DNA of 64,000 nucleotides from Planctomycetota bacterium (lineage in GTDB: Bacteria > Planctomycetota > UBA1135 > UBA2386): contig JBKAGP010000001.1 of NCBI GenBank assembly GCA_046290465.1, forward strand, positions 3,360,001 to 3,424,000. Direction: 5' to 3'. Shown here piece by piece: positions 1-10,194 of the stretch. The notes beneath the pieces were generated by a model, which saw nothing but the letters and a program-made list of their open reading frames with translations, ran no database searches and was not told the origin of the DNA. Position 1 is the stretch's first letter. Every line of letters starts with the position of its first letter. A program made the translations under genes and the position numbers.

Positions 1-59
1 CCATCGAGGTCGTAGGCCTTCACCTTCAGCGTCTTGCCGTTGACGGCGACGTAGCTGCA
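1..59 (-). pseudogene. Possible C-terminal fragment of a metallophosphoesterase-like gene running off the window edge
   Basis: Minus-strand frame reads CSYVAVNGKTLKVKAYDLDG, resembling purple-acid-phosphatase C-terminal strands; it overlaps the end of ORF 26-409 in another frame. Confidence 0.3.
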
Positions 60-409
60 GCAGCGCTGCGCGCGGCGAGCGCGCGGGCCTTCGCCTGGGC
101 GCGCTCGACCGCGGCCTCGTCGCCTCGCAACACGGCTTCGATCAGCTCCCGCTGCAGCAGCTTGGCGTCCTGCGCCCAACGCTCGCGGGTGATGGCCACG
201 ACCGGCTGTTCGGGTTCGACCCGCTGGCGCTGCGGCGGCTCGGCCACCAGCGCCATCGGCTGCGCCGCGACCGGCGCCGGCGCCGTGGCCGTGGCCGTTC
301 GCGGGCCCGGATCCGGGTCCGGGCTCGGGCTGCTCCAGAAGAAGCCCGCAAGGCCGATCGCGGCCAGCAGCAGCGTGATGCGGATCAGGTTGGGGTCGCG
401 CAGGTTCAT
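26..409 (-). CDS. Hypothetical membrane-anchored protein
   Basis: N-terminal TM segment (ITLLLAAIGLAGFFW), Pro/Ala linker, helical tail; GGAGGA RBS upstream of the ATG. Confidence 0.6.
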   Translation of the reverse strand: MNLRDPNLIRITLLLAAIGLAGFFWSSPSPDPDPGPRTATATAPAPVAAQPMALVAEPPQRQRVEPEQPVVAITRERWAQDAKLLQRELIEAVLRGDEAAVERAQAKARALAARSAAAATSPSTARR

Positions 410-424
410 CGGGTCCTCCTGCTG

Positions 425-880
425 CTACTGCAGCCGCGTCAGCTGGCCGCGCAACTCCCCGGCAGGGTTGGCGGTGGTGTGCAGGTTGACGTAGACGTCG
501 CCAGATTCGATGCGGCCGGCGAGCGCATCGAGCGGGTAGTCGGCCAGCGGACCGACCAGCTGTTCGCTGCGGATCTCGGCGAGCAAGAACTGCGGCGAGG
601 CCGAGCCCCCGCTGGCCGCGATCAGATCGGCGACCACCGGGCCGTTGCTGCCCGCCGCGCCGAGGACCGGGTGCGCGATCGGGTTGCCGCTGGCGACGAA
701 CGCGTCGTTGCTCGGGATCACCATCGACGCGTAGCTGAAGTAGCGGTCCCGCGGATCGTTGGGATCGAGCAGGAACGACCGCGCGGTGGTGTCCCCCGGC
801 GCGAACGGGCCGTTCGGGCCGGCGATCGTCGCGTCGAAGCGGCCGGCACCCAGCGTCGCAACGGTGCGAAGCGAGATCAT
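425..880 (-). pseudogene. Truncated spondin-domain/CHRD-domain chimera
   Basis: YFSYASMVIPSNDAF (spondin_N core) joined directly to LGAAGSNGPVV...YVNLHTTANPAGELRGQL (CHRD C-terminal half); both domains are incomplete. Confidence 0.6.
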
Positions 881-971
881 GGGCGAGTCGTACGGATGAG
901 GGTCGTTGCCTCACGCGAGGTGGGGCAAGCGGCGGGGCGCGCTGATACGCGACCTGTCCATCCGGTTCCGC

Positions 972-3900
972 TCAGTTGTCACGAAGCGCAGATCCCGTTC
1001 GTGAAGACTCGCAGCGAGCGACATCGCTCGGCGTCCCGTGCACGACTACACACCCGCCGTCGGCGCCTGCGCCGGGCCCGAGCTCGACCACGTGGTCGGC
1101 GTCGGCGATCACCGACAGGTCGTGCTCGACCGCGAGGATCGTGTGGCCACGCTCGAGCAGTTGGTCGAACGCGACGCGCAGCGCGTCGACATCGTCCGGG
1201 TGCAGGCCGCGCGTCGGCTCGTCGAGCACGAACAGCGTCGCGCCGTCGCCGGCCGCGGCGAGGTGCGTGGCGAGCGACAGGCGCTGCGCCTCGCCGCCGG
1301 AGAGCGAGTCGCCGGCCTGCCCGAGCGTCAGGTAGCCGAGCCCCAGGTCCGCCGCGACCTGCAGCGGCCCGCGCAGACGCGCCAGCCCGCGCGGCGGCAG
1401 CGACAACAGCAGTTCGTCGACGGTCGCCGCGAGGCACTGCGCGAGGTCGAGCCCGCGCCACCGGATCGCCAGCGTCGCGTCGTCGAACCGACGCCCCTCG
1501 CACGTGTCGCACGAAAGCCACTGCCCGGCGCCGAGGAAGTCGAACTCGCTGCGAACCCAGCCGACGCCGCTGCACGCGCGGCAGGCGCCGCCCGAACGCC
1601 CGTGCAGCGAGAAGTGCGCGGCGCGCCAGCCGTTGGCCCTCGCCGCGTCGGTGGCGGCGAACTGCTTGCGCAGCTCGTCGAACCCACCGAGCAACGTCGC
1701 GACACAGGACGTTCGCGAACGACGGGCGCGCGCCGCCGCGTCGACGACGACGTGCGCGAAGGCGTCGAGGCCGGCGATGCTGCGGCAGCCGATCGCGACG
1801 CCCGCCTTCGCCGACCGCGCCACGACGCCACCCAGCAGCGACGACTTGCCGCTGCCCGACACGCCGCAGACGACGGTGAGCTGGCCGATCGGCAGCGCGA
1901 CGTCGAGGTCTTCGAGGTGGTTGGCATGGGCGCCCGAGATCTCGATCCGACCCGCGCTCGGTCGCCGCGGGGTCGAACGCAGCGCCGGCCGTGGCCGCTG
2001 CAGCCGGCGGCCGGTGCGCGACGACGCCGGCATCGCAGCCGGCGGCGCCGACGCCACCACCCGGCCGCCGTCACGTCCGGCACCCGGTCCGATCTCGATC
2101 ACGTGCTGCGCCGCCTCCGCGACCCGCAGGTCGTGCTCCACGGCGACGACGGCGTTGCCGGCGTCGACCAGGCCGCGGATCGCCGCGAGCAGCGCGTCGA
2201 CGTCGCTCGGGTGCAGGCCGAGGGTCGGCTCGTCGAGCACGTAGACGCAGTCCGTCAGCGGCGCCGCGAGCTGGCGCGCCAGCCGCACCCGCTGCCGTTC
2301 GCCGGCGGACAGGCTCGCCATCGCACGGTCCAGCTGCAGGTGGCCAAGCCCGAGCGACGTGAGCCGTTCGACCCTGCGGAGCAGTTCGCCGAACGCATCG
2401 GCGGCGACCTCGCGCTCGCGCGCCGACAGCGAGGCCGCGGCGATCCACGCGCCGAACTCCGACACCGACCGACGACACAGCTCGGGCAACGTGATGCCGG
2501 CGACGCGCAGCTGCCGCGACGCCTGCTGCAGCCGGGCGCCATCGCACGCCGGACACGTCGCCTCGGCGAGCAACTCCTCGAAGTCGGCGCGGCGCGTCTT
2601 CGAGCCGCTCGCGAGACGCCGCGCATGCTCCTGGTCGATCGCCGGCGCGATCCCGGGCCAGCCGGCCCGCCACCGGTGCACGTCGCCCTCAGCGCCGTCG
2701 TGCTCCCAGACCGCATCGAACTGCTCGTCGCCGGCCCCAAGCAACACCGCCCGCTGCGCTTCCGCATCCAGCTCTCGCCACGGCCGCGACAGGTCGAAGC
2801 CCCGTGCCCGCGCGACGGCCTCGAGCAGCGAACGGTGCCGCATGCCGGGATCGCCGAAGTCCCGCACGACCTTGTTCTTGGCCCGCAGCGCCCCGTCGAA
2901 CAACGGCATCGCGGCGTCGTCGATCAGCAGTTCGGGATCGCAGCGACGCACCGTCCCGAGTCCGGCGCACGTCTCGCAGGCGCCTTCCTTGCGGAAGAAC
3001 GAGAACGCCGCTGCCGGCAGACCGGCATCGGTGCACCGCGACCAGACGGTGCGCAGCGTCGGGTGCAGTTCGGCGGCGGTCGCGACGGTGGCGCGGCGGT
3101 CGGCGCTGGTCTCGGCCTCGGCCCGCTGGCGCAGCGCGATCGCGGGACGCAACCCGCTGGCCTCGCGCAGCGAGCGAGCGCGCACGCCGCCGGCGCCGAG
3201 CTGCCGCTGCAGGTAGCCCGACAGGTGCTCGGTGATGCGCGCGCGCGACTCGCCGAACAGCGTGTCGAACACCAGCGAACTCTTGCCGCTGCCGGACACC
3301 CCGGTCACGACCGTCAGGCCGTCGGCCGGCAGGTCGACGTCGAGGTCGCGCAGGTTGTGCGTCGCGACGCCGCGCAACGAGATCGCCGTCGGCCGGGCAC
3401 GCGGTGCACGCGCCGACGCCGGCGCGCCCGTGTGCAGGGCGGTGGCGGTCGGGCCGTGCGACCTAGCGATCGCGTCCGGCGTGCCCTCCCCGACCAGCCG
3501 CCCACCCGCACGTCCGGCACCGGGGCCGAGATCGACCACGTGGTCGGCCGCCCGCAGCACGTCGAGATCGTGCTCGACGACGACGACGGTGTGGCCGCGA
3601 TCCACCAGCGCGTCGAGCGCGACCAGCAGCTTGCGCACGTCGCGCCGGTGCAGGCCGATCGTCGGCTCCTCGAGCACGAACAGCCCCGGCCTGTCGCCGC
3701 CGCGAGCCAGCTCGCCGGCGAGCTTGACCCGCTGGGCCTCGCCGCCCGACAGTGTCGTCGCCGGCTGGCCGAGCGTCAGGTAACCGAGCCCCACCCGCGC
3801 CAGCGCGTGCAGCACGGAACGGACCTTCAGCGAGTTCTCGAACAGCTCCAGCGCCTCGTCGACGGTCGCCTCGAGCACCTCGAGGATCGACGCCCGCCCG

Positions 3901-5759
3901 CGGTAGCGAACCGCCAGCACGTCGTCGCGAAAGCGTCGGCCACCGCACGCGGCGCAGACGAGCTCGACGCTCGGCAGGCCGTGCATGCCGACGACCTCGC
4001 GGCCGCTGCCCTCGCAGGCGGGACACCGGCCACCGTTCTTGGTGTTGAACGAGAACGTCGTCGCCTGGAAGCCGCGTTCGCGCGCGAGCGGCTCGGCCGC
4101 GAACAGCTTGCGGATCTCGTCGAACACGCCGGTGTAGGTCCCAGCGTTGCTGCGCGGCGTGCGCCCGATCGGATCCTGGTCGACGTGCACGACCTGCTGG
4201 ATCGCATCGAGCCCGTGCACGGCGTCGGCGCGGCCCGCCAGCGACTCGCCGCGCGCGACCGCCGCCAGCACCTCGCTGACCAGCGTCGACTTGCCGGCGC
4301 CGGCGACGCCCGACACGACGTTGAGCCGCGCGACCACGAACGAGACGTCGACCCCCTGAAGGTTGTTGGCACGGGCACCCAGCACACGGATCCGTGCCGC
4401 CCCTTCGACATCCCGGCGCGCGCGCAGCGGCTGCTCGTCGTCGCGCCGCGGAGCACGGGCACCGGGCGGCCCTTCATGGAGCACGCGACCGCCGTCGCGG
4501 CCAGCGCCGGGGCCGATGTCGATCACGTGGTCGGCGACCGACAGCGCATGCTCACTGTGCTCGACGACGACGACCGTGTTGCCGGCATCGCGCAGATCGA
4601 GCAGCAGCTCGAGCACGGCCGACTCCTCGCTCGCGTGCAGGCCGATCGACGGCTCGTCGAACACGAACGTGACGCCCGCCAGCCCGTCGGTGGCGATCGA
4701 ACCGAGGCGCAGGCGCTGGTGCTCGCCACCGGACAGGCTGGCACTGCTCCGTTCGCACGACAGGTGCGACAGCCCGAGCCGGGCGAACACTTCCAGCCGA
4801 CGCACCAGCCGCGCGGCCTGTTCACAGCCGTGCTGGCGGCACCACGCAAGCAGCTCGGGAAACGGCATGCGCAGCACCTGCTCGAACCGCACGCCGTCGA
4901 CCGCCGCCGCGCGCGCCGCCTCGCCGAGTCGCGACCCGCCGCATGCCGGGCACGGCACCGACCGCGCGAAGCGCAGCGCGTTCTCGTTGCGGCTGCGGCG
5001 CAGGATGTCGGCGATCGTCGGGATCAGCCCCTTGTAGTGGCCGAGTTCGCGCGGCTTCGCGGTGATGCCCTCCCACTTCATCCGCGACTCGAGCGAGTGC
5101 TTGCCGAACGGCACCTCGACGCGGTCCGAACCGAAGAACACGACGTCCTGCTGCTCGGTGGTCAGCTCCCGCCACGGCGTGTCGACGTCGAAGCCGTGCG
5201 CGCGGCACACGGTGTCGAGCGCATCCACGGTGACCTGGCTGTAGACGATGTAGCCCGTCGGCGTCGTCGGCACCAACGCGCCCTCGCGCAGGGTGCGATC
5301 GGGATCGGCGACCAGCAGCTCGCGCGAGACCTCGTCGACCGAGCCGACGCCGCGACACTCCGCACAGGCGCCGGCACTGACGAACGACAGCTGGCGCGCT
5401 TCGATCCCGTTGTGCCGCGCGAACCAGAACCGCAGCAGGTCGTGCAGGCCGGACAGCGTACCGACGGTCGAACGCGCATGATCCCCGCCGCGGCGCTGCG
5501 ACAGCGCGATGCTCGGCGACAGGCCGCTGGCATGCCCGAGCCGCGGACTCGGCATGCGCTGCAAGAACTGCCGCGCATGCGAGCTGAGCGTCTCGAGATA
5601 CCGACGTTCGCTCGCGGCGTGCAGCGTGTCGAACACCAGCGAGCTCTTGCCGCTGCCGGACACGCCGGTCACGACGGTCAGCCGGCCGCGCGGGATCTCG
5701 ACGGTGATGCCGGCGAGGTTGTGCTCGCTGGCGTCGTGCAGCCGGATCGTCTGGGTCAC
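972..5759 (-). CDS. uvrA: Double-length UvrA-like ABC ATPase (four ATPase modules)
   Basis: Walker A GVSGSGKSS x3 plus GVAGAGKST; LSGGE/LSAGE signatures; DEP/EEP Walker B; CxxC zinc fingers. Likely start is GTG at 5759 (TQTIRLHDASEHNL). Confidence 0.9.
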   Translation of the reverse strand: MTQTIRLHDASEHNLAGITVEIPRGRLTVVTGVSGSGKSSLVFDTLHAASERRYLETLSSHARQFLQRMPSPRLGHASGLSPSIALSQRRGGDHARSTVGTLSGLHDLLRFWFARHNGIEARQLSFVSAGACAECRGVGSVDEVSRELLVADPDRTLREGALVPTTPTGYIVYSQVTVDALDTVCRAHGFDVDTPWRELTTEQQDVVFFGSDRVEVPFGKHSLESRMKWEGITAKPRELGHYKGLIPTIADILRRSRNENALRFARSVPCPACGGSRLGEAARAAAVDGVRFEQVLRMPFPELLAWCRQHGCEQAARLVRRLEVFARLGLSHLSCERSSASLSGGEHQRLRLGSIATDGLAGVTFVFDEPSIGLHASEESAVLELLLDLRDAGNTVVVVEHSEHALSVADHVIDIGPGAGRDGGRVLHEGPPGARAPRRDDEQPLRARRDVEGAARIRVLGARANNLQGVDVSFVVARLNVVSGVAGAGKSTLVSEVLAAVARGESLAGRADAVHGLDAIQQVVHVDQDPIGRTPRSNAGTYTGVFDEIRKLFAAEPLARERGFQATTFSFNTKNGGRCPACEGSGREVVGMHGLPSVELVCAACGGRRFRDDVLAVRYRGRASILEVLEATVDEALELFENSLKVRSVLHALARVGLGYLTLGQPATTLSGGEAQRVKLAGELARGGDRPGLFVLEEPTIGLHRRDVRKLLVALDALVDRGHTVVVVEHDLDVLRAADHVVDLGPGAGRAGGRLVGEGTPDAIARSHGPTATALHTGAPASARAPRARPTAISLRGVATHNLRDLDVDLPADGLTVVTGVSGSGKSSLVFDTLFGESRARITEHLSGYLQRQLGAGGVRARSLREASGLRPAIALRQRAEAETSADRRATVATAAELHPTLRTVWSRCTDAGLPAAAFSFFRKEGACETCAGLGTVRRCDPELLIDDAAMPLFDGALRAKNKVVRDFGDPGMRHRSLLEAVARARGFDLSRPWRELDAEAQRAVLLGAGDEQFDAVWEHDGAEGDVHRWRAGWPGIAPAIDQEHARRLASGSKTRRADFEELLAEATCPACDGARLQQASRQLRVAGITLPELCRRSVSEFGAWIAAASLSAREREVAADAFGELLRRVERLTSLGLGHLQLDRAMASLSAGERQRVRLARQLAAPLTDCVYVLDEPTLGLHPSDVDALLAAIRGLVDAGNAVVAVEHDLRVAEAAQHVIEIGPGAGRDGGRVVASAPPAAMPASSRTGRRLQRPRPALRSTPRRPSAGRIEISGAHANHLEDLDVALPIGQLTVVCGVSGSGKSSLLGGVVARSAKAGVAIGCRSIAGLDAFAHVVVDAAARARRSRTSCVATLLGGFDELRKQFAATDAARANGWRAAHFSLHGRSGGACRACSGVGWVRSEFDFLGAGQWLSCDTCEGRRFDDATLAIRWRGLDLAQCLAATVDELLLSLPPRGLARLRGPLQVAADLGLGYLTLGQAGDSLSGGEAQRLSLATHLAAAGDGATLFVLDEPTRGLHPDDVDALRVAFDQLLERGHTILAVEHDLSVIADADHVVELGPGAGADGGCVVVHGTPSDVARCESSRTGSALRDN

Positions 5760-5820
5760 ATCAGCGAGCCTAGCAAGGCGACGACGGCGTGCACACGCGG
5801 ATCGCCACGCCGCCACCCCG

Positions 5821-5890
5821 GCACGCTGGCACGCTGGCACGCTGGCACGCTGGCACGCTGGCACGCTGGCACGCTGGCGCGCTGGCACGC
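5821..5890. repeat. 8-bp tandem repeat (GCACGCTG): 7 perfect copies, 1 variant, 1 partial
   Basis: Counted directly in the sequence; intergenic, about 60 bp upstream of the uvrA-like start. Confidence 0.95.
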
Positions 5891-5931
5891 CGCGCGCAGC
5901 CGCCGCGACAGAGCCCACGCGCCCCCCGGGA

Positions 5932-6474
5932 TCAGGCGTCGTCGCGCCGACGGCGTCCGCGACGCTGGTCGCGACCGCCACGTCGACCGCCCGCCTCCGC
6001 ACGCCCTCGGCCGCCGCCGCGCCGCGCGCCGTCGCCACGACCGCGCCCGCGACCGCGGCCGTGGTCGCCACCCCCCCGCCCGAAGCCGTTGCGCCCGCGC
6101 GCGCCACCGCGCCCGCGACCAGCGCCTTCGCGGCGCTCACCGATGCGCTCGCGCAGCATCTCGAGACGTTCGCGCAGGCGCTCCCGCAACATCCCCCGGC
6201 GCCCGCCGCGTTCGCCGCGGCCCGCGCCACGACCGCGTTCGCCGCGCATCGCACGACCACGTCCGGCCCGCCCCTGGTCCTGTTCGCCGCGCGCGGCGCC
6301 CCGCCGTTCACGCAGCTGCTCGAAGCGCTCGCGCATGCGCTCCCGGATCTGTTCGCGGCGCTCGGCGCGCGCGCCCTCACACTCACCGCGGCCACGCCGG
6401 CCGCGATCCTGCGCATCGAGCGAGAAGGTGAACATCAAGGCGACGATCGTCGCCAGCATCGTGGTCGTTCTCAT
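5932..6474 (-). CDS. Secreted Arg/Gly/Glu-rich low-complexity hypothetical protein
   Basis: Signal peptide MRTTTMLATIVALMFTFSLDA followed by RGRG and RERLRE repeats. Confidence 0.6.
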   Translation of the reverse strand: MRTTTMLATIVALMFTFSLDAQDRGRRGRGECEGARAERREQIRERMRERFEQLRERRGAARGEQDQGRAGRGRAMRGERGRGAGRGERGGRRGMLRERLRERLEMLRERIGERREGAGRGRGGARGRNGFGRGGGDHGRGRGRGRGDGARRGGGRGRAEAGGRRGGRDQRRGRRRRDDA

Positions 6475-6695
6475 GGGTCTGTGTCCTTGGGTCAGCCGGG
6501 TTCGGCAAACGGTTCGTATCCGTCCAGGCCCACGCGTCGGGGACAGTTGGGACAAGCCAGCGACACGCAGCGAACGCGCGATGCCCGCCGCTTCGTCGGC
6601 CGAACGTCCGGTGCTGCGGGGCGACCGCAACTGGATCAAGCTGGCTCCGCCGGCCAATCGAACCGGCAACCACCCCCTCGCGTTATCCTCCGACC

Positions 6696-9600
6696 ATGCC
6701 ACGCTGCACGCTCACGAGCGTCCTCCTTGCCGGGCTCGCCGTCGCCGCCCCGGCCCGCGCGCAGGATCCGCAGCTCCTACGGTTCGCGCCGGTGTTCTCG
6801 CACCACATGGTGCTGCAGCGCGACCAGCCGATTCGCATCTGGGGAACGGGCACGCCGGACACGATCGTGCAAGCCGAGTTCGGCAAGGCGCGCGGCGCGG
6901 CGAGAACGGCCGGCGACGGCACGTGGGACCTGCGCCTGCCGGCGCAACGGGCGTCGTTCGAACCGCGGCAGCTGCGGATCGAGGCGCGGCTCGGAGAGCA
7001 GCTGCAGCGCGTGACCCTGCGCGACGTGCTCGTCGGCGACGTCTGGCTGTGCACGGGCCAGTCCAACATGCGTTGGCGGGTGAGCCAGTCGGCGGAGGCC
7101 GAGGACGTGCTCGAGCAGGCCGAGGTGCGCGGCCTGCGCCTGCTCGACTTCGAGGGCCGGCTTGATCCGGACGGCACCCGCTACGACCTCGACCGATTGC
7201 GGCAGATCGACGCGGGCAACTACTACACGACCGACGGCTGGGCTCGCGCCCGTCGCGAGACGGCCGCCACGTTCTCGGCGGTTGCGTTCGCGTTCGGCCG
7301 GCGGCTGGCGCGCGAGATCGATGCGCCCGTCGGGCTGGTGCACAACGCGATCGGCGGAGCACCGATGCAGGCGTTCGTGCCCGATGCGATGGCGGACTGG
7401 ATGACGAGCGACGCCTATCCGGGCTGGTGCCGCCAACGGGTGAAGCAGAACCTCGCGAGCTGGTTCCGTCGCCCGACCGGCTCACAGCCGCACCATCCGT
7501 TCGAGCCGGGCTTCCTGTTTGCCGCTGGCGTGAAGTCGCTGGCGGCGTTGCCGATCAAGGGCGTGGTCTGGTACCAGGGCGAGTCCAACGCCACCGACAC
7601 CGCGACGTCGCGGGCTCGTGCGATCGCGCGGGAGGAGGCGACGTTCCGGCGGGTGATCGCCGCGTTTCGGGACAACTGGAAGGCGCCCGAGCTGCCGTTC
7701 CACTTCGTGCAGTTGCCCGGCCTGGACCGCGACTGGGAACGGTTTCGCGAGATGCAGGACCAGGTCGCGACGACGACCGGGCACTGCGGCATGGCGGTGA
7801 CGATCGACCTCGGCCATCCGACCGACGTGCACCCGCCGCGCAAGGTGCCGGTCGGCGAACGGCTGGCTGGCGTGGCGCTGCGCGAGACGTATGGGCGCGA
7901 CGTGGCCGCCGGCGGACCTCGCTACGCGGGCCACCGCGCCGACCGCTCGCGGATCTCGGTCCGCTTCGACCGCCCTCTGCACAACCTCGGCAGCCAGCGG
8001 ATCCCCGGCTTCGAGATCGCCGGCGAGGATCGCATCTTCCATCCCGCCAACGTCGTCTTCCTGGGCAACCGCGTCATCCTGAGCACCCCTGCGGTCCCCC
8101 GGCCCGTCGCCGTGCGCTACGCCTACGACGACGATCCCGAGACCAGCCTGCGCGGCCCCCACGGCCTGCCCGTGATCCCGTTCCGTTCGGACGACTGGCA
8201 CGATGCCACGTGCGCACCGACGCAGCGAGGAACCGTCGAGGGGTTCGAGACCGGCACCGGGCCGCTGCGTAGCTACCGCGGATCGATCGGGACCTGGAGC
8301 GCGGCCGCAGGGCACGCCGAGATCACCGACCGCTTCGCCCACGAGGGACGCTGCTGCCTGCACGTGCTCGGCGGCGCCGACCGCGAGGTCGTGCTGGAGT
8401 TCGGCGAGGACCAGCCGGCGCGCCTGCGGCTGCAGGCCGAACGCTGGACCGCGCGTGGGCCGTTCTCGTTCCGCATCGACGCCGAGGTCGACGGCACGTG
8501 GCGCGAAGTGTTGGACGGCGACGGCGTGCGCGTCGGCGCGCGGTTCCTCAGCCGACTCGCGTTCGATCTGCCGGCCGACGCGGCGCGGCTGCGGTTCCGC
8601 TGCACGTCGCCCGACGCGAGCGGCCTGCTGATCGACGACGTGGTCGCAGACGACGACGCGCCGATGCAGATCGCTTCCTGCACGGACATGTCGCCGGTCT
8701 TGCCGCTGCTGCCTGGACGTCGCACGGTCGCGGCGCGCGCCAGGCTGCACGTCACGGGCCGCATCCAGGGCAGCTACGTGAAGGCCTGTGTCGTGCACCT
8801 CGATCGCCACAGCGTGCAACACATCGAGGCCGTGCACGCGCTCGGAGGCTCGGCGCTTGCGGCGACCGCGATGCCGGACGACGGCCCGCACATCGGCGGC
8901 GACGCCGCCAGCGAAGAACCCCGGCAGCGCAAGCTCGTGATCCATGGAAAGCAGGCGCTGCGTCCGGGCGACAACGACATCGACGTCGAACTCGAACTCG
9001 GATCGGACCTGCGGGCCGAGTGGGTCAGCCGTCCGCACATCGTCGAACTGGTGCTCGACAACGGCACGCACGTCGTCTGCGACGGCAGCGTCGCGCAGCC
9101 GGCGCTCCATGCCCGCATCGGCGCCTGCGTGCGCGCCGCTGGCGAGGACGGCGTGCACACGACCCGCATCCCGGGCCTGACCACCACCAACGCCGGCACC
9201 CTGATCGCCGTCTACGACAATCGCTATCGCGGCTCACGCGATCTGCCCGGCGACATCGACGTCGGCATGTCGCGCAGCACTGACGGCGGGCGCACGTGGG
9301 AGCCGATGCGCGTGATCATGGACATGGGCGACGATCCGAAGTGGAAGCACGACGGCATCGGCGACCCTGCCGTGCTGGTCGACCGGGAGACCGGCCGCAT
9401 CTGGGTCGCGGCGACGTGGAGCCACGGGGACCGTTCATGGCACGGCTCGGGCCCCGGCCTCGCGCCGGAGCAGACCGGCCAGCTGATGCTGGCGCACAGT
9501 GACGACGACGGCCGGACCTGGTCGAAGCCCCGCAACATCACCGAACAGGTCAAGGACCCGGAGTGGCGGTTCGTGCTGCAGGGGCCGGGCCGCGGCATCA

Positions 9601-10178
9601 CGCTGCACGACGGCACGCTGGTGTTCGCGGCGCAATACCGCAGCGCGCCCGACGGGCCGCACCGGGGCAAGCCGTTCTCGACGATCCTGTGGTCGCAGGA
9701 CCACGGCGAGAGCTGGCACATCGGCACCGGCGTCAAGGTCGACACCACCGAGGCGCAGGTGGTCGAACTCGACGACGGCGTGCTGATGATCAACTGCCGC
9801 GACAACCGCGGCGGCTCCCGTTCGGTCTACACGACGACGGACCTCGGCAGGACCTGGCAGGTCCACCAGAGCTCGCGCAGCGCGCTGGTCGAGCCGGTCT
9901 GCATGGGGAGCCTGCTGCGGGTCGACCACGACGTCTGGGGCCGCCTGTTGCTGTTCTCCAACCCGGCGACCGACGAGGGCCGGTTCGACCTCAGCATCCA
10001 GGTGAGCCGGGACGACGGGCGGACCTGGCCGCTGGGCCTGCGCACGCTCTACGACCAGCGCAAGGGCTACGGCTACTCGTGCCTGACGCGGATCGACCGC
10101 GAGCACGTCGGCGTGCTCTACGAGGGCGTGCGCGAGCTCTACTTCGTGCGCTTCTCGCTGCGCGAACTGCTGCGCTGA
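6696..10178 (+). CDS. Secreted sialate O-acetylesterase (SASA/SGNH) - exo-alpha-sialidase (GH33) fusion
   Basis: GQSNM, WYQGESN and DVHP esterase motifs; C-terminal RIP motif and five Asp-boxes (STDGGRTW, SDDDGRTW, SQDHGESW, TTDLGRTW, SRDDGRTW). Confidence 0.9.
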   Translation: MPRCTLTSVLLAGLAVAAPARAQDPQLLRFAPVFSHHMVLQRDQPIRIWGTGTPDTIVQAEFGKARGAARTAGDGTWDLRLPAQRASFEPRQLRIEARLGEQLQRVTLRDVLVGDVWLCTGQSNMRWRVSQSAEAEDVLEQAEVRGLRLLDFEGRLDPDGTRYDLDRLRQIDAGNYYTTDGWARARRETAATFSAVAFAFGRRLAREIDAPVGLVHNAIGGAPMQAFVPDAMADWMTSDAYPGWCRQRVKQNLASWFRRPTGSQPHHPFEPGFLFAAGVKSLAALPIKGVVWYQGESNATDTATSRARAIAREEATFRRVIAAFRDNWKAPELPFHFVQLPGLDRDWERFREMQDQVATTTGHCGMAVTIDLGHPTDVHPPRKVPVGERLAGVALRETYGRDVAAGGPRYAGHRADRSRISVRFDRPLHNLGSQRIPGFEIAGEDRIFHPANVVFLGNRVILSTPAVPRPVAVRYAYDDDPETSLRGPHGLPVIPFRSDDWHDATCAPTQRGTVEGFETGTGPLRSYRGSIGTWSAAAGHAEITDRFAHEGRCCLHVLGGADREVVLEFGEDQPARLRLQAERWTARGPFSFRIDAEVDGTWREVLDGDGVRVGARFLSRLAFDLPADAARLRFRCTSPDASGLLIDDVVADDDAPMQIASCTDMSPVLPLLPGRRTVAARARLHVTGRIQGSYVKACVVHLDRHSVQHIEAVHALGGSALAATAMPDDGPHIGGDAASEEPRQRKLVIHGKQALRPGDNDIDVELELGSDLRAEWVSRPHIVELVLDNGTHVVCDGSVAQPALHARIGACVRAAGEDGVHTTRIPGLTTTNAGTLIAVYDNRYRGSRDLPGDIDVGMSRSTDGGRTWEPMRVIMDMGDDPKWKHDGIGDPAVLVDRETGRIWVAATWSHGDRSWHGSGPGLAPEQTGQLMLAHSDDDGRTWSKPRNITEQVKDPEWRFVLQGPGRGITLHDGTLVFAAQYRSAPDGPHRGKPFSTILWSQDHGESWHIGTGVKVDTTEAQVVELDDGVLMINCRDNRGGSRSVYTTTDLGRTWQVHQSSRSALVEPVCMGSLLRVDHDVWGRLLLFSNPATDEGRFDLSIQVSRDDGRTWPLGLRTLYDQRKGYGYSCLTRIDREHVGVLYEGVRELYFVRFSLRELLR

Positions 10179-10194
10179 ACCGGCAGGAAGAGGA

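Noticed and set aside
5821..5890. Possible CRISPR array
   Set aside because: Contiguous 8-bp units with no spacers, and no cas genes in the window
5760..6416. N-terminal 219 aa extension of the UvrA ORF, including PACQRASV repeats
   Set aside because: It runs through the 8-bp VNTR and overlaps another gene; UvrA homology starts at 5759
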